DNA of 64,000 nucleotides from Thermoanaerobaculia bacterium (GTDB lineage Bacteria; Acidobacteriota; Thermoanaerobaculia; Multivoradales; JBCCEF01): NCBI GenBank assembly GCA_036259255.1, contig DATACC010000207.1, positions 2,644 to 66,643 of the forward strand, read 5' to 3'. Shown piece by piece: positions 61,813 to 64,000 of this stretch (position 1 is its first letter; each line of letters starts with the position of its first letter). The notes under the pieces were generated by a model. It saw only the letters and a program-made list of their open reading frames with translations, ran no database searches and was not told where the DNA came from. The position numbers and the translations under genes were made by a program.

Positions 61813-64000
61813 ATGCCTGCTCCGCGCCCGCCGTTGCGAACCCTGCTCCTCGTCACCTTCCTGGCCGCCGCCACCCTCCTCCCCGCCGCGGCCGAGGCCC
61901 AGAGCTGCCAGCGCCGCCTCCAGGCCCGGGTCGTCGCCCTCGACCAGGTGTTCTTCTGGAACCGCCTGGGCGCGGTGCAGCCCCAGGGCATGATCTTCGC
62001 CCTGGAGCACGACGTGGTCAGCATCCACGGCGGCACCACGCTGGCCGCCGGCAACGTGCGGCTGCGGGAGGACAAGCGCCCCCGCCCGCTGGTGCTGCGC
62101 ATGAACGTCGGCGACTGCATCAACATCCACTTCCGCAACCTGCTGGCGCCGTCGCGGGTCGACCAGCACCAGCCGGCGGTGCGCAAGGCATCGATCCACG
62201 CCGTCGGCATGGAGCTGGTCGACGACATCTCCGACGACGGCTCCTACGTCGGCAAGAACGCCAGCAGCCTGGTGGACCCCGGCGGCAGCGCGGAGTACAC
62301 GTTCTACGCCGCCCGCGAGGGGCAGCACCTGTTCTACAGCGCCGGCACCACCACCGGCGGCGAGGGCGACGGCGGCCAACTCAACACCGGGCTGTTCGGC
62401 GCCATCGTCGTCGAGCCGGCGGGCTCGCGCTGGTACCGCTCCCAGGTCACCGCCGCCGACCTGGCGCTCGCCAGCACCGGGGTCAGCAGCGCCACCGGCC
62501 ACCCGGTGATCGACTACGGCGCCCGCTACCCCAGCGGGCACCCGAAGGCGGGCCGGCCGATCCTCGCCATGCTCGACAACAACGCCATCGTCCACGGTGA
62601 TCTGACGGCGGTCATCACCTACGGGGAGCCGGGCAGCAGCAGCAGCGGGCCGCCGGGATGGTTCCCGAGCAACCACTTCCCGGCCAACCTCTACACCCAT
62701 CCGCAGCGCCACCAGCCGTTCCGTGAGCTCGTCATCATCTACCACGACGAGATCGGGGCCGTGCAGGCCTTTCCCGAGTTCGAGGAGGAGGCGAGCGGCT
62801 TCGCTCACGCCCTGCACAGCGGCCGCGACGCCTTCGCCATCAACTACGGCACCGGCGGCATCGGCGCCGAGATCCTGGCCAACCGCTTCGGCGTCGGCCC
62901 GATGCACGACTGCGAGGACTGCAAGTACGAGGAGTTCTTCCTCACCTCCTGGGCGGTGGGCGATCCGGCCATGGTGGTCGACGAGCCGGCCAACACCGAT
63001 TGCATGATCACCACCTCCGACCCCAACGGCATCCGCGCCAGCGACCAGCCGTTCGAGACCAAGGTCAACTTCCTGCGCACCGGGGGCTTCTCACAGAACT
63101 GCCCGCTGCAGACCGGTCCCAAGGCCACCAAGGCGTTCTTCCCCGACGATCCGTCGAACGTCTACCACGGCTACCTGCGCGACCACACCCGGTTCCGCGT
63201 GCTCCACGGCGGCTCGAAGGAGCACCACATCCACCACCTCCACGCCCACCAGTGGCTCTACTCCGGCGACAGCGACGAGTCGACCTACCTCGACAGCCAG
63301 GCCTTCGGCCCCGGCGCCGGCTTCACCATGGAGATCGCCTACGAGGGCGGCGGCAACAAGAACCTGACCCCGGGCGACTCCATCTTCCATTGCCACTTCT
63401 ATCCCCACTTCGCCCAGGGCATGTGGGCATTGTGGCGGGTCCACGACGTGTTCGAGGCCGGCACCCAGCTCGACGAGAACGGCCGCCCGGCCGCCGAGTC
63501 GCGGGCGCTGCCCGACGGCGAGATCGCCGCCGGCACGCCGATTCCGGCGGTGATCCCGCTGCCCGGCAAGCCGATGGCGCCGCTGCCGGCCAAGGTGTGG
63601 ATCGCCAACGGCCAGGTGCAGATCGAGCCGGTCGCCAACCTGAAGGCGCGGCGCGACGCGTTCCTCGCCGGCAACATCTTCCAGCAGAAGTGGAACCCGG
63701 GGTTCCCCTTCTTCATCCCCGGCGTCGCCGGCAAGCGGCCGCCCCATCCGCCGATGGACACGATCCACGATGGCGGTTTGCCGCGCCACCTGATCGTCGA
63801 CTCGACGAACATCGACGAGGCCCACACCCGGCTCGACTTCCACAAGCACCTGCTGAACGCCCAGCCGCGCTGGCTGCCGGAGAACGGCACCGAGTACGAG
63901 CGGCTCGCCATGGACTTCCACGCCGTGCGCAACCACCCGACCTGCCGGCCCGACGGCGCCTGTGGCACCGCCTTTGTCGCCAACGGCCGCCCGCCGGTCG
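61813..64000 (+). CDS. Large exported multicopper-oxidase-like (cupredoxin) protein, 3' partial (runs off the right edge; not in the ORF track)
   Basis: I translated frame 1 from ATG 61813 (preceded by GAGAGGA); it is open for 729 codons to the window end. The signal peptide is MPAPRPPLRTLLLVTFLAAATLLPAAAEAQ. The copper motifs are HHIHHLHAHQW and HCHFYPHFAQGMW (HCH-x3-H-x3-GM). An alternative in-frame ATG lies at 61759. Confidence 0.8.
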   Translation, partial: MPAPRPPLRTLLLVTFLAAATLLPAAAEAQSCQRRLQARVVALDQVFFWNRLGAVQPQGMIFALEHDVVSIHGGTTLAAGNVRLREDKRPRPLVLRMNVGDCINIHFRNLLAPSRVDQHQPAVRKASIHAVGMELVDDISDDGSYVGKNASSLVDPGGSAEYTFYAAREGQHLFYSAGTTTGGEGDGGQLNTGLFGAIVVEPAGSRWYRSQVTAADLALASTGVSSATGHPVIDYGARYPSGHPKAGRPILAMLDNNAIVHGDLTAVITYGEPGSSSSGPPGWFPSNHFPANLYTHPQRHQPFRELVIIYHDEIGAVQAFPEFEEEASGFAHALHSGRDAFAINYGTGGIGAEILANRFGVGPMHDCEDCKYEEFFLTSWAVGDPAMVVDEPANTDCMITTSDPNGIRASDQPFETKVNFLRTGGFSQNCPLQTGPKATKAFFPDDPSNVYHGYLRDHTRFRVLHGGSKEHHIHHLHAHQWLYSGDSDESTYLDSQAFGPGAGFTMEIAYEGGGNKNLTPGDSIFHCHFYPHFAQGMWALWRVHDVFEAGTQLDENGRPAAESRALPDGEIAAGTPIPAVIPLPGKPMAPLPAKVWIANGQVQIEPVANLKARRDAFLAGNIFQQKWNPGFPFFIPGVAGKRPPHPPMDTIHDGGLPRHLIVDSTNIDEAHTRLDFHKHLLNAQPRWLPENGTEYERLAMDFHAVRNHPTCRPDGACGTAFVANGRPPV

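Overview
Very GC-rich (by eye about 70%) chromosomal segment from a diderm bacterium. All calls were made by reading the supplied ORF translations and the raw sequence, with no database search. Functions rest on motif and family recognition, and gene starts are best guesses from start codon plus Shine-Dalgarno context. Many of the longest ORFs in the track are antisense or out-of-frame shadows typical of high-GC DNA and were discarded.

Most of the window is densely packed core metabolism:
- a minus-strand salvage and stress operon (mtnP-surE-pcm-dedA-acyP-apt);
- the conserved envelope cluster bamA-skp-lpxD-fabZ-lpxA;
- clpC and lolD with a lolC/E permease;
- a trimeric-type purine nucleoside phosphorylase, a tricorn-like protease, RNase R and tRNA-Leu(CAG) with a consensus promoter;
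- a 10-gene nuo cluster (A-E-F-G-H-J-K-L-M-N, with no nuoB/C/D/I) followed by rex;
- recQ, a TruC-like pseudouridine synthase, two alpha/beta hydrolases, pruA, a DUF423-type membrane protein and a large zincin lipoprotein;
- a phospholipid gene cluster, rsmD, and a large multicopper-oxidase-like gene that runs off the right edge and is not in the ORF track.

Loci that look accessory or unexplained:
1. A divergent pair of CHAT (caspase-like) proteases. One is membrane-anchored and cytoplasmic, the other carries a signal peptide. The exported one is followed by two translationally coupled exported unknowns (6901-12487).
2. A tandem duplication of a roughly 440-aa secreted, Cys-rich protein with no family I can recognise (46397-49174).
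3. A solitary Rpn-type PD-(D/E)XK nuclease gene with an internal SD plus in-frame ATG in front of its C-terminal domain (24100-25026).
4. A ynbA/ynbB-like CDP-alcohol transferase and CdsA module with an acyltransferase and a small membrane protein (56969-59756).
5. A 147-nt long-range inverted-repeat element between rex and recQ.
6. A roughly 0.9-kb gene-poor tract next to tRNA-Leu that also carries a good Rex operator in front of nuoA.

No CRISPR array, rRNA, transposase or integrase was seen.
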